Below are positions 40,145 to 49,739 of a DNA stretch of 64,000 nucleotides, in pieces. The DNA lies in contig CAVOXA010000010.1 in assembly GCA_963700285.1 (NCBI GenBank), positions 1,856,001-1,920,000 of the forward strand, given 5' to 3'. The translations under genes and the position numbers were made by a program. How positions within the stretch are numbered: the stretch's first letter is position 1; each line of letters begins with the position of its first letter. The DNA comes from an uncultured Chloroflexia bacterium (GTDB taxonomy: Bacteria; Chloroflexota; Anaerolineae; JAAYZQ01). Under the pieces are notes generated by a model. The model was given only the letters and a program-made list of their open reading frames with translations, was not told the DNA's origin and ran no database searches.

Positions 40145-41918
40145 GTATCATCTCAATAACTGGGGGTAAGTTAGGCAGCGCGACCATGAAGCACTGAGCC
40201 TCAGCTCACTGGCACGTGCTTCGATCAGGCTCGCCAACGATGGAATCTGGTTCGACTTGGAAATCCGATCGTGAATGTACTGGTAGAAGCTAATGCCCAG
40301 TTTCCTGGTCGTGGCGACCAGGCTCATAAAGGTGTCCCACGCTCTGACACCATCTTGCGTGCGCGGGCCGAAGCTGACGTCGCGCTTCCGCACCCGTTGA
40401 CGCGCTTCCAGCTCGACCGGATTGTTATGCAACGGGATCTCCGGGTATTTGAGCACCATCAGCAAAGACGCTTTCTTTGCCCGCGTCTTGGCAATCCGGG
40501 CATCCAGGGCATCATAGCCGGTGCAGGTCGAAAACAGCCGGTCAAACTCCGTTTCCAACCGGGCACTTTCTTCTGGGGTTGGGTGCTGTTGGTAGGCCAA
40601 CAACTCGTCGTAGAACTCCCAGAACTGCTTTCGAAAATCGCTCAGCAGTTCCAGATGGTGGACGAAAACCGGCATCAGCTTCTTGTAGTGTCGCCCCTCA
40701 TGCACCCAGCACAGGGCCAACTCTTCCGCGAGCCAGTTGAACTGCGGCGCATCGTCGCAGACCAGCAAGCGCACAATGGGGCATGCCCTCTTCGGCGTGA
40801 TAGGCCGCCACGGCTGCCGCACTCAGAATCGCCTGCCGCTGTTGCGCGTTCAGCTTCGGCCATCTGCTGTCCAGCCGCTCCACAAAGGTCTGCTCGTCCC
40901 AGTCCTGGTCACTGCACTCGGCCGACAACCAGGTGCGCGTGGCTTTCGACAATGGAACAGACTCCAGATAGCCCAGCGCCTCCTCGTTCAACCGAAAGCG
41001 ACGCGCTCGACCGTTGCGCAGCACGTCCAGCACGCTCAAACGATCCTTGCTCGGCGTGGTCGTGTAGACGGTGTACAGCGGGTTGCAGACAATGTTGCAG
41101 TGCTGGTTCTGTCCGTCTACCCGCGTGCTGGTTTGATCGATATGTTGAAAGGGGCTGCTCCCCAATCCCGCTTCGCAGACCTCTGCCTTCTCGGCGTGAA
41201 ACACCTCTTGTCCTTTGATCAACAGATTGGACAGTTGGCCCGTCGAGATCTGGACGCCCATGTTCTCGTACAACTCCAGGATCTTGGGCTCGCTCATCCC
41301 GCCGCCAAAGTACAGGGTCACGGTCAGGGCTTTGAGCCCCGGCCCAAACTGCCCCTCGTACCCGAGTGGCAGCGGGGCCAGAAAGGTTTGGCCCGTCGAC
41401 GGCGCCCAATACTTCTCCTTGTGGAAGCATACGTTGTCGGCGCGAAAGATGAGATCCTGCACCACAACGTCTTCGTAGCCCTTGAACTCGGCATCCGGCG
41501 GCAAGCTGGCTTTGTCCACTTCCAGCGTCTGTTCGCGATGAATCTCGAGGTTTGCTTTCTTGGCTCGCTTCTGACGGGGCTTGGGTTTGCGCCGCTCTTG
41601 CTCCGACGAGTAATCAACCCGAGGCGGCTTGGGCGTGTTGGCCTTGATCTTGGGCTTTCCTTGCTCGCCTTTCAACCGATTGTTCTCGTCCCGCAAACGC
41701 TGAATCTCGGCCTGTGCATCCCGCAAGTCGGCTGGTCACGGCTTCGATCAGGTTCATCAACCGGACAATCAGTTGCCGGGCATTCTCGTCTTGGATGTTG
41801 CTCAGGTCAATGTCTTCCAACATAATGGCGCTATTCTATTCACTTTTGCTCAAAACGGCAAGTTTGCTCCTGCGTCTGTCCTTCGGGGGCTTTCCCCCGG
41901 TTTATTGAGATGATACGC
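40143..41918 (-). mobile_element. IS66-related insertion sequence (single long transposase, frameshifted near 41725 and 40795)
   Basis: Terminal IRs GCGTATCATCTCAATAACTGGGGG (40143) and CCCCCGGTTTATTGAGATGATACGC (ends 41918); EIQRLRDENNRLKGEQG, HIDQTSTRVDG, LVCDDAPQF, LCWVHEGRHY, PLHNNPVELEAR. Confidence 0.88.
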
Positions 41919-41932
41919 TGAACTCAAAGTAT

Positions 41933-41961
41933 TTGACCGAAAGATGGAAATATGATATAAT
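41933..41961 (+). promoter_or_regulatory. Near-consensus sigma70 promoter for the STAND pair
   Basis: TTGACC-17bp-TATAAT with extended -10 TG, 41 nt before the 42003 ATG. Confidence 0.7.
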
Positions 41962-42002
41962 TAGACTATAACAGAACGTAAATCGCTTGAATTATCTATG
42001 CC

Positions 42003-43160
42003 ATGAAGCTTGGAAGTGAATTTGTGGGCGTCCGCTACACAAACGAGAGAGCGCTGCTCCCTGCCCGTGGCACCATGGCGCACAGGCAACCCCGGGGCGC
42101 GGAGCAAAGCATTTCCGCTGGCTATGACCGGGGGCTATTTGTGATTCCGGGGGACATCTACCAACGCGTGCTTGCCAAGCTGCGGGGGTGGAAAGGATCT
42201 GAGCGGGATGGGTCCAACAAATCCGGGGACAGGGCCGTAGAGAATCTCGGCCCGCGGCTGTCGCCGGTGGACCAGGTCCTGCGCCTGGTGGGTGAGCGCG
42301 GGGTGGGCAAGACCTGGTTGCTGCGACACTTGGCGGAGGACGACGAGCAGGTGGTGCCAGCCGCAGTATACGTTGACCTGCTTGAGCGATGTGACTTTGG
42401 GACACCGGAGGACTTTTGCGACGCGGTCCAGCGACAGATAGGGCTTCGGTGTGGGTCGAAGAGCGCCATCTTGCTACTCGATACCGTTCCCTTGCATCTG
42501 GATGATCACCTTAGAGCACTGGAGAACAAGGTTCTCCGTCCGCATCTGTCTCAAAGGGGGTCGATGGTGATCATGGCCCTGAGCCATCCCTCGCGCGATG
42601 GCTGGCGCGCGCCCATTCTCAGGGGAGGCGAGAGCCTCTGGCTGCACTCCTTTGTACAGCCGCAGACCCTTAGCCAGTTACAGCGTCTAGAGAAGGCCGG
42701 TCAGGTCAAGGTCCGCTTGAACGCGGCCGCTGTTCAAGATCGTGGCGGGGGACTGCCACTTCTCAACTATCTTTTCACCCAATACGAACAGGATGTGGCC
42801 TTCGAGTTCCTTCTAGAGTACGTTTTTCGGCAGATTCCAGCCCAAGAGCGGGCCGCGGTACGGAGCTATCTGGACGCAGTCTGTGTCCTGGAGTCTCTGG
42901 AGCGTACATCCATTGAAGGCGCGCTTCGGGTATACCATCGCGGGCAGCCCCAGGCTGGGCCATACCACCCTCATGCCAGACGAGCCCACAATACTCTCCG
43001 CGAATATGGGCTGGCCCGATCATCTCCCGATCTGCCTGGCAGAATCGTACTGGTTGAAAGCGTTCGACGTGCTGCCAGGGAGGTCCTGCAAGTACGTGCG
43101 CCCAGTTTGTACGCGGCGATGAATGAAGCTGCCCACGGTGCAAGGAGAGGAAAGCCGTGA
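42003..43160 (+). CDS. Short STAND-like P-loop NTPase with helical/winged-helix tail and no sensor or effector domain
   Basis: Walker A GERGVGKTWLL, Walker B ILLLD, GxP-like GGGLPLL; stop overlaps the next start (GTGA). Confidence 0.7.
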   Translation: MKLGSEFVGVRYTNERALLPARGTMAHRQPRGAEQSISAGYDRGLFVIPGDIYQRVLAKLRGWKGSERDGSNKSGDRAVENLGPRLSPVDQVLRLVGERGVGKTWLLRHLAEDDEQVVPAAVYVDLLERCDFGTPEDFCDAVQRQIGLRCGSKSAILLLDTVPLHLDDHLRALENKVLRPHLSQRGSMVIMALSHPSRDGWRAPILRGGESLWLHSFVQPQTLSQLQRLEKAGQVKVRLNAAAVQDRGGGLPLLNYLFTQYEQDVAFEFLLEYVFRQIPAQERAAVRSYLDAVCVLESLERTSIEGALRVYHRGQPQAGPYHPHARRAHNTLREYGLARSSPDLPGRIVLVESVRRAAREVLQVRAPSLYAAMNEAAHGARRGKP

Positions 43161-46100
43161 ACCCATCGGATTTCACCGGTGCCCGACGTATCCCTTTGGT
43201 TGGGCGCCATAGTTTCCTGGAAGATGCCCGGCAGCACCTCAGGCAGGGAGGGGCTTACCTCCTCTATTTTGAGGGGGATGGCGGCATTGGAAAAACGGCT
43301 CTCCTCGAGACCATCATGGAGCGCAGCCGGCGCGAAGGTGAGGAGCGCGTCCGTTACTCTGGCCGCGTCGCCGACGAGATCATTGATCTGTACCACATTG
43401 ACGTCCACACGCCAGAGGGCCTCATTCGCAGGATCGTTCAGGTGCTGGATGCTACCTCCTTCAGAAGGACCCAGAATCTACTGAATACCCTCGATTGGGC
43501 CCGCAGCATTGGCGATGTAGATGTGGCCAGCGAGGAATCGCGCGCCCTCCATGCAGCATTCCTGGAGGAGTTCGGGTTTCTGGCAAAGGATGGGGTTGTA
43601 CTGGCATTTGACACTATGGAGGTGCTCGAGTACGAGCGCGATGCCTTCCAGGAAGAACTGGGTACAGAGGTCCCCATCCTCAGTGCGGGGCAGTGGTTGT
43701 TCGAATCCTTCTTTCCAGCAGTTCAAGGCAATGTTTTGCTCCTCCTCGCCGGGAGACCAGACAGTCTGAGGCAGAGACTCCAGACGCTTCGTGAGCGCCG
43801 GCCCCATGTCCGGGTACGTTATGCCAGGGTGGATGCGCTTCAAGAAAATGAGGTCATCCAATATCTACAAACAGTCGCCCAAGCCGAGGGCGAGCAGGGT
43901 GATTTTGATGCCGCTGCACGGCTGTGGGATTTTGCTGACGAACGCGGTGACGTTGTGCACCGTTTGACCGGGGGCAGGCCCATCCTCCTGGCCTTGGTAG
44001 CTGACTTGGTGGCCCATGGCTGGGCGCTGCCTACCTCGTTTGGACGCACACTGGAAGATCTGAGCGAACAGAGCCCACAAGTATGGTCGCGGGAGATCGA
44101 GTCGGCGCTGGTTGTACGCATCCAGGAAAGCCCCTCACCCATTGGAGAAGCCATCCACGCCCTGGCCTGGCTCCGCAAAGGGGCCACGCCCGCTCTCCTG
44201 GCCCGCGTGATGGCTCTGAACACAGCCGATGGTAGCTGGGATTTGGGAACGGCCCAGGAGTACCTGGAGGAGGTGGCGCGTCTGACCCTGGTCAAGGTCC
44301 GCTCCGGCGACGGCCGAGTCTTTCTCCATGACGAGCTTTATGCGCTCATGGGCAATCATATCTTGCAGGAATGCAGCCAGGCGGAGCGAGATCGAGTCTA
44401 CCAGGCAGTGTTGGATTACTATGACGATCTCGTCGCCGACCTTGGGCGGCGCGTGGACCGGTCTTCAGTTATCCTGCCCCTCATACACGCCCGCCTTCGC
44501 CAGGCCTACGTCGAACAGATGCATTACAGACTCTGTCATCGCCCTGCCCTGGGCTTTGCCATGTATTTCTGGCTAGCGGAGGAAGCCTTGGGCGGTCGCG
44601 ACGCTGAGATGGATATGCTGCTGCACACGGAACTCTTGCGCACGGTCCGTCTGCTCGACCAGTCTGGCTCTCTTGACGGGCTGGATCCCAAAGAGCTGCA
44701 GTTGGATGCGGCTGTGCGCTGGGGGATGCGAGCGCTATTTCTTGGTAACGATCCAGATGGAGCGCTCGAAATCTTTGACAAGCTGTACCAGGATAGAAGA
44801 GGGGATGCAGAGGATCCGAGTCCGGCGTGGACCCACATGCGTCTCTATCAGGCCGCGGCGAGAATAGAGCGAGCGGGAGAAGGAGACTGGCAGAAAGCCA
44901 GACAACTACTCTGTGGCGTAGTGCAAGAGATGGACGAGATACCCGCTGGCCTTGCAGCACCATCGCCTATGAAGGGAGTATTCTGGTGGGCTCAAGCCAA
45001 TGCAGTTCCTGCAGGGGCGTCGGTGGCAGAAGGCAGGTATTGGCTATCCCGAACACTGGGAGCGCTGGCCCTCAACTACGAGGGGTATCTGGACCAGCAG
45101 CAGGGACGGTATACGGAGGCCATGGCTCACTATCAGGCATCTGCCATGCTCCAACGGCGCCTGGCTATGGCCGGATTGGCTCCCACGCTGACCAATCTTT
45201 CCCATACCATGGCGCTGATAGGCCAGTTTCAGAATGCTCGCCTTCTGGCTCAGGAGGCTGAACGGTGGGCAAGGCACAGCGGCAAAGAGTACGTGCTGGC
45301 CCAGGCCCTGAATGCCCGGGCCCTGGTAGAAATCTACGACAACCACCACAGGGATGCGCTGCGCTACACCGATCAGGCGCTCAAAATCGCTGAGGGGCTG
45401 CGCGCTCCCCGCGTGCGGGGGATGCTTTTCCTCACCAGGGCCAGAGCCCAACGCTATTTGCTGCTTGGGGAGGAGACCAAGATCCCCGAGCCCCAGGTCC
45501 TGGACGAAGCTCTGAAGGAAGCCAATCAGGCCGTGAATCTTCTGAAGAGCAGTCCACCAGACAGAGTGCTGGCCCTTGTCGAGCGAGGATGCCTGCTTCG
45601 GGAGGTAGCCCGTGGCTACTATTTGCAGCAGCGCTACGAACAGGCGGACAGAGCGGCACACAACAGCCAGCGAGATCTGGAACGAGCGGCGGCGCTGGCA
45701 GAAGCCTTGGGCCTTCCCGACCAGCAAGCTCTGGCCTTGATCGGTCTGGCTTGGCTGTGGTATCAGACTGGCCAGATAGATCAAGTGGATGAGGCTCTGC
45801 GCCAGGTGTACCCGGTTGTCCCATCAGGGTACAGATTCCCCCGGGAGGGGGAGCTTCCGCCCATGGCCTGGGCTGACCGCAAGTCGCAAGCTTGCCTGCC
45901 TTTCTGGAGCGTCCTGGGCAAAGCGGAAATGCTCAATGCCTTTGTCGCCCTCGATCAGGCCCAATCCGCCTCGCGCCATATAGAGCAAGTGGGGAGGCTT
46001 CACCAGGCCGTGAGGACCATAACCCTGTCCTTGGCCTACGAAGAGCAGATTGCCGACGCTCACTTTGATATGACCCGCGCGGAAGCCAGCCTGCACCGGC

Positions 46101-46240
46101 GCATCCTTCATGACAGGCTTAGTATCGCTGGCCTGCACCAACATGCCCAGCAAGTCGCTGAAGAACTGAACCTGTCCCGCCCCACCCGTTTTCAAAGGTT
46201 TTTGGATCGGCTGTTTGGGCCGGCTGACTTGTGGGTATAG
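43157..46240 (+). CDS. STAND NTPase with C-terminal TPR-like repeats (NLR-like), no N-terminal effector
   Basis: LVGR start, GDGGIGKTALL, VVLAFDTME, LTGGRPILLAL, FLHDELY (MHD-like); helical repeats LALNYEGYL..QGRYTEAMAHYQAS, TLTNLSHTM..GQFQNA, ALIGLAWLWYQTG. Confidence 0.85.
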   Translation: MNPSDFTGARRIPLVGRHSFLEDARQHLRQGGAYLLYFEGDGGIGKTALLETIMERSRREGEERVRYSGRVADEIIDLYHIDVHTPEGLIRRIVQVLDATSFRRTQNLLNTLDWARSIGDVDVASEESRALHAAFLEEFGFLAKDGVVLAFDTMEVLEYERDAFQEELGTEVPILSAGQWLFESFFPAVQGNVLLLLAGRPDSLRQRLQTLRERRPHVRVRYARVDALQENEVIQYLQTVAQAEGEQGDFDAAARLWDFADERGDVVHRLTGGRPILLALVADLVAHGWALPTSFGRTLEDLSEQSPQVWSREIESALVVRIQESPSPIGEAIHALAWLRKGATPALLARVMALNTADGSWDLGTAQEYLEEVARLTLVKVRSGDGRVFLHDELYALMGNHILQECSQAERDRVYQAVLDYYDDLVADLGRRVDRSSVILPLIHARLRQAYVEQMHYRLCHRPALGFAMYFWLAEEALGGRDAEMDMLLHTELLRTVRLLDQSGSLDGLDPKELQLDAAVRWGMRALFLGNDPDGALEIFDKLYQDRRGDAEDPSPAWTHMRLYQAAARIERAGEGDWQKARQLLCGVVQEMDEIPAGLAAPSPMKGVFWWAQANAVPAGASVAEGRYWLSRTLGALALNYEGYLDQQQGRYTEAMAHYQASAMLQRRLAMAGLAPTLTNLSHTMALIGQFQNARLLAQEAERWARHSGKEYVLAQALNARALVEIYDNHHRDALRYTDQALKIAEGLRAPRVRGMLFLTRARAQRYLLLGEETKIPEPQVLDEALKEANQAVNLLKSSPPDRVLALVERGCLLREVARGYYLQQRYEQADRAAHNSQRDLERAAALAEALGLPDQQALALIGLAWLWYQTGQIDQVDEALRQVYPVVPSGYRFPREGELPPMAWADRKSQACLPFWSVLGKAEMLNAFVALDQAQSASRHIEQVGRLHQAVRTITLSLAYEEQIADAHFDMTRAEASLHRRILHDRLSIAGLHQHAQQVAEELNLSRPTRFQRFLDRLFGPADLWV

Positions 46241-46247
46241 TCGTTGC

Positions 46248-49028
46248 TCAGCCCTGCTTGTTCTGAACGTCCAAGATCACGCCGTCGGGCGCGCGCATGT
46301 ACAACGTGGGAATGACCCAATCTACAAACCTGTTCCACTCAGCATCGAGTACGGTCATGATACCGCGCCGCCCCTCTTGCACGGCGGCATCGACAGGCCA
46401 GCCGCTGGCCAGTGCGCCATAGAACTCGCGACTGAAAGCACCCGCAGTTTGGTCGGCGATGGGCTGCTGCATGGCCACAACTGCAGGGATCCCGCCCTTG
46501 ACCAGTTGTTGCGCCGCGCCACCCAAGGTGATCTCGGAACCGTTGGACGAAGTCTCACAGGCGTTCAGTACAACCAGTCGCAGCTCACTATCAGCAACCA
46601 TCTGGCCCAGCAGCAAAGCTGAAACCGGATCAGCCCGTCCCTCCGAGTCCTCTAGCATCAAGTAGCCATCCTCGCCCTCAAAGGTGCCGTGACCAATATA
46701 GTGCAGTACGTGATAGCCGCCGCGCAACCTGCTCAGCAACTGCTCACGGCGGGTACCCTGCATTACGTCCACTTCTATCCTATTGGGTAGCCGGGCCAGT
46801 GCCGTCTGAATATGACCAAGCTCATCCTCCACATCAAAGGGCCTCAGGTCCTGGGGTTGCGATACCGCTATGAGTACGCGTAGGGGTGGGCGGACGGCCA
46901 GCGGCTTTGGAGGATGGGGTAGATCAAGATAGCGCACAAGGGGAAAACGTACGCGCAATGCCAGGTATTCTTCCTCAAAGATCAACTCCCAGGGCAGACT
47001 CATCAATTCCAGCGGCCCCACGTGCAGCCTGATACGGAGGCCCATCCCCTCTTCCAGACTGCCCACGGTCCGCAGCCAGAGCTTCAGGACGCGTGTCGGA
47101 AAGAGGGCATCAAACAGGGTCACCCCAACCGCCTGCATGTCCTCTGCCGTCGTGTTCTGGCGCTGGATACCTTGCAGGCGCCGCTGGAGCGCGCGGTCGG
47201 GCGGAAAAACGAGTGGCTGCGGAGACACACTGCCAGCCCCCAAAGTATCAGCCTCAACCGTATAGCCCGTGGCGATATCGCCGCGGACACGCAGGTCAAA
47301 GTTCCTGTAGACCTTGAGCCCAGTCTCATTCTGCGCGCCAGGTGCTCCCTGCTCGTCAGCAGGCATCTGGGCATCGTAGGCCGGCTCAGCGCCGCTGACA
47401 AACTGGTCACCGCGACCGGCATGGACCTGTCCGCTCACCGGCTCCCAAAAGTTGTTGATGTAAGTCTGGACAACAGAGGGCAACGGCGCTCTGTATACGC
47501 GATTTCTGCGCAGTCGATACAGCGTGCTTCCTTCAATGTAAAAGTAGTCGTCCTTCTCGCTCCAAGGCCGGCCGACCTCAGCAAAGATGCTTGCCATCCG
47601 TTTCTGGAACCAATGATTGGGCGCTATGCTCCAGACCTCTTCCCTGGGTACCGTCGTGACATGGCCATTGAGACAACGAAGCACGACAGACTCCCCATCA
47701 GATATGGACGCCCTACACTCCTTGCATCTGAGCTGTGGTCCATTGAGATCAAGCTTCTCGCTTTCGCACTTGGGACAAAGGTCTGCTGTCTCCTCGCACT
47801 GACCACATTGCACGCGGAGATATGGGCTAAAGTACTTGCCTGCCAGTGCCTCATAGATGGCCAGCGCGGACTGGGGCACTGTCACACTGGTCAATTCCTC
47901 CCGCTCCGTCTGGAGCAGCGCCTCGACGATGCCCATGATGGCTCCCTTGCCCGCTGAGCGCATCCGCATGCGCTGGATCGCGTCAATGGAGCGATAGAAA
48001 GAGCCCGGCTGGCTGGCCCTCAATTCCTTCACATCGCGTACCAGGTCGGGCAGTCGCTGTATCCCCCAGGCCCGTACCACTGAGGTTGGCAGCTTCTTTG
48101 TAAAATAGATCTTGCCCTTGTTCGAGGTCACACCCAGCCCGCTGGTCATGCCGTTGCCGAATTCCTCCTCGTAGAGGGAACTGGGCCGGGCGTAGATTTG
48201 CTCGCGGTTCAATAATTCTTGCTCGTGAGACTGCCACAAGCTTCGTCCAGAGATGGACTGTCGCACCCCGCTGCCGGGGTCATAGTGAGATACCCTTTTG
48301 ACCTTCTCGATGGAAAAGTGCTTGTCAACAAGCTCCTTCGGGAAACTGACCCGCAGGGGAAAAGCCCTCAGACAGGTGCCCAAGGCTTGTGTCAGCAAGT
48401 CATTGACCCGTTCGTCGCGGGAGAGAATGACGAGATAGCCCAGGTCCAGATCGAGCCATAGGAAGCCGTAGCGGCTCTGAAGAACCTGGTCGGACTCCTC
48501 GTCGGCATTGAGGAAACGATGGGCGACATAGTAGCGGAAGCGGACTTCGCGGATGCCATCGAATCTCTCCTCGTCGAGCAGTACGATCTGACCTGGTGCT
48601 GTCTCGGCCTCATAGTCTTCGCCCGCCACAGACAGCTCAGCCAGCTCAAGGTGATTTGAAGTGCCTAGCCCATCCAGAGCGTCCTGGACAGGTTCCATCG
48701 CCGGTGAGGTCAAGCCATCCGGGAGCAAGTAGAGGTAGAAAGAAAACTGCCGTCCATAGCGATAGTTCTCGTACAGGGTTTCGACGTCAGCAACCGAAAT
48801 GGCTGGCAGCCTATCAGCTTCGGCCACCAGGTCAGCCTGGCTCACGTGACCCAAAGTTGGTTCTGACTGGCGGCTCTCCAGCAACTCACGGAGGGCAAAG
48901 ATGGGTATGTGGTAGAGTTTTTGGAGGTTTGGGAGGCGAGGTCTTTCCGCGAGCCTTTCAGTCTCAACATCGGCAGGCGTGCCTGCTCCCCTGTCTTCTT
49001 CTATCTTTGGCAGGGGCTGATCAAGCAT
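46248..49028 (-). CDS. CHAT (caspase-like) protease with unknown N-terminal domain and double Zn-ribbon
   Basis: LPWEL, PLRVLIAVSQP, HVLHYIGHG (His), LVVLNACET (Cys), GIPAVVAMQ, FYGALASG..VDAAV, W.IPTLY; CGQC/CPKC/CKEC/CLNGH mid-protein. Confidence 0.88.
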   Translation of the reverse strand: MLDQPLPKIEEDRGAGTPADVETERLAERPRLPNLQKLYHIPIFALRELLESRQSEPTLGHVSQADLVAEADRLPAISVADVETLYENYRYGRQFSFYLYLLPDGLTSPAMEPVQDALDGLGTSNHLELAELSVAGEDYEAETAPGQIVLLDEERFDGIREVRFRYYVAHRFLNADEESDQVLQSRYGFLWLDLDLGYLVILSRDERVNDLLTQALGTCLRAFPLRVSFPKELVDKHFSIEKVKRVSHYDPGSGVRQSISGRSLWQSHEQELLNREQIYARPSSLYEEEFGNGMTSGLGVTSNKGKIYFTKKLPTSVVRAWGIQRLPDLVRDVKELRASQPGSFYRSIDAIQRMRMRSAGKGAIMGIVEALLQTEREELTSVTVPQSALAIYEALAGKYFSPYLRVQCGQCEETADLCPKCESEKLDLNGPQLRCKECRASISDGESVVLRCLNGHVTTVPREEVWSIAPNHWFQKRMASIFAEVGRPWSEKDDYFYIEGSTLYRLRRNRVYRAPLPSVVQTYINNFWEPVSGQVHAGRGDQFVSGAEPAYDAQMPADEQGAPGAQNETGLKVYRNFDLRVRGDIATGYTVEADTLGAGSVSPQPLVFPPDRALQRRLQGIQRQNTTAEDMQAVGVTLFDALFPTRVLKLWLRTVGSLEEGMGLRIRLHVGPLELMSLPWELIFEEEYLALRVRFPLVRYLDLPHPPKPLAVRPPLRVLIAVSQPQDLRPFDVEDELGHIQTALARLPNRIEVDVMQGTRREQLLSRLRGGYHVLHYIGHGTFEGEDGYLMLEDSEGRADPVSALLLGQMVADSELRLVVLNACETSSNGSEITLGGAAQQLVKGGIPAVVAMQQPIADQTAGAFSREFYGALASGWPVDAAVQEGRRGIMTVLDAEWNRFVDWVIPTLYMRAPDGVILDVQNKQG

Positions 49029-49262
49029 CGTTGTATTTTCCTTTCATCCTCACGAATGGCCCTGGCAAGGTATTCTGACTGTCACACCCGAGGCATCTGC
49101 ACATTCTGGAGCACCCTTCGCATACCATGCTACCATCCATGCGGCGCCTGCGCCCGGGGACCGTGGAATTGGCCCAGTCACGATCCCGGCTGAAATCCGG
49201 CCTAGAACATTCTTTTCTTCTAAAATAAGAGACAAGTAAGGTGAACTAGCTTCTTTATACTG

Positions 49263-49291
49263 ATTATACCACGTTTCTATCTTTTTGACAA
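49263..49291 (-). promoter_or_regulatory. sigma70-type promoter for the CHAT gene
   Basis: Minus strand TTGTCA-17bp-TATAAT with extended -10 TG, about 230 nt upstream of the start. Confidence 0.6.
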
Positions 49292-49319
49292 ATCAGACAG
49301 AACCCAGTCAGCGGCAAGG

Positions 49320-49350
49320 AAAAGGCCACTCATGAATGAGTGGCCTTCTG
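49320..49350 (-). terminator. Intrinsic terminator of the small secreted-protein gene
   Basis: aaggccactca-tgaa-tgagtggcctt stem with a U-tract on the minus strand. Confidence 0.65.
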
Positions 49351-49409
49351 CTACCGGCTGTCCTTGAACGCCAAGCGTCTGGACGCACATACTCCCCTTT
49401 CAGTTGGGG

Positions 49410-49739
49410 CTAGCGGCCTGGGGCGTGAAACTCCAGGCTTCCATCCTGGTAGAGGGCAAGCAGGGCGCTGTATTGCCCGCAAGCAGCCTCAAGGGCTCCG
49501 GGGCCTGACGTACCCACAGAACCCGCTGCAGCGCAACTCGATGCAAAGCCAGCCGATGAACTGGGGGCTGCCTCATTCTCCACCGCTACGATCTCGAACT
49601 GAGACTCATGATGGGTCGAGGCGTGGTCAGCCCAGGCAAACTGGACCGATACCACTGTCATAAAGAGGACAAGTGCCAGTGCTATTGACAGCGCCAGAAT
49701 CCTCTTTTTGTCCTGGCTAAGAATGTACAGATCGCTCAT
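49410..49739 (-). CDS. Small secreted/membrane hypothetical protein
   Basis: AGGAGG RBS; KKR + hydrophobic stretch + AWA signal peptidase site; two Cys. Confidence 0.65.
   Translation of the reverse strand: MSDLYILSQDKKRILALSIALALVLFMTVVSVQFAWADHASTHHESQFEIVAVENEAAPSSSAGFASSCAAAGSVGTSGPGALEAACGQYSALLALYQDGSLEFHAPGR

Noticed and set aside
40737-41825. Long antisense ORFs (e.g. 40737-41825, 13552-14661, 51159-52391)
   Set aside because: Shadow frames opposite well-supported genes, expected in GC-rich DNA, with no motifs.
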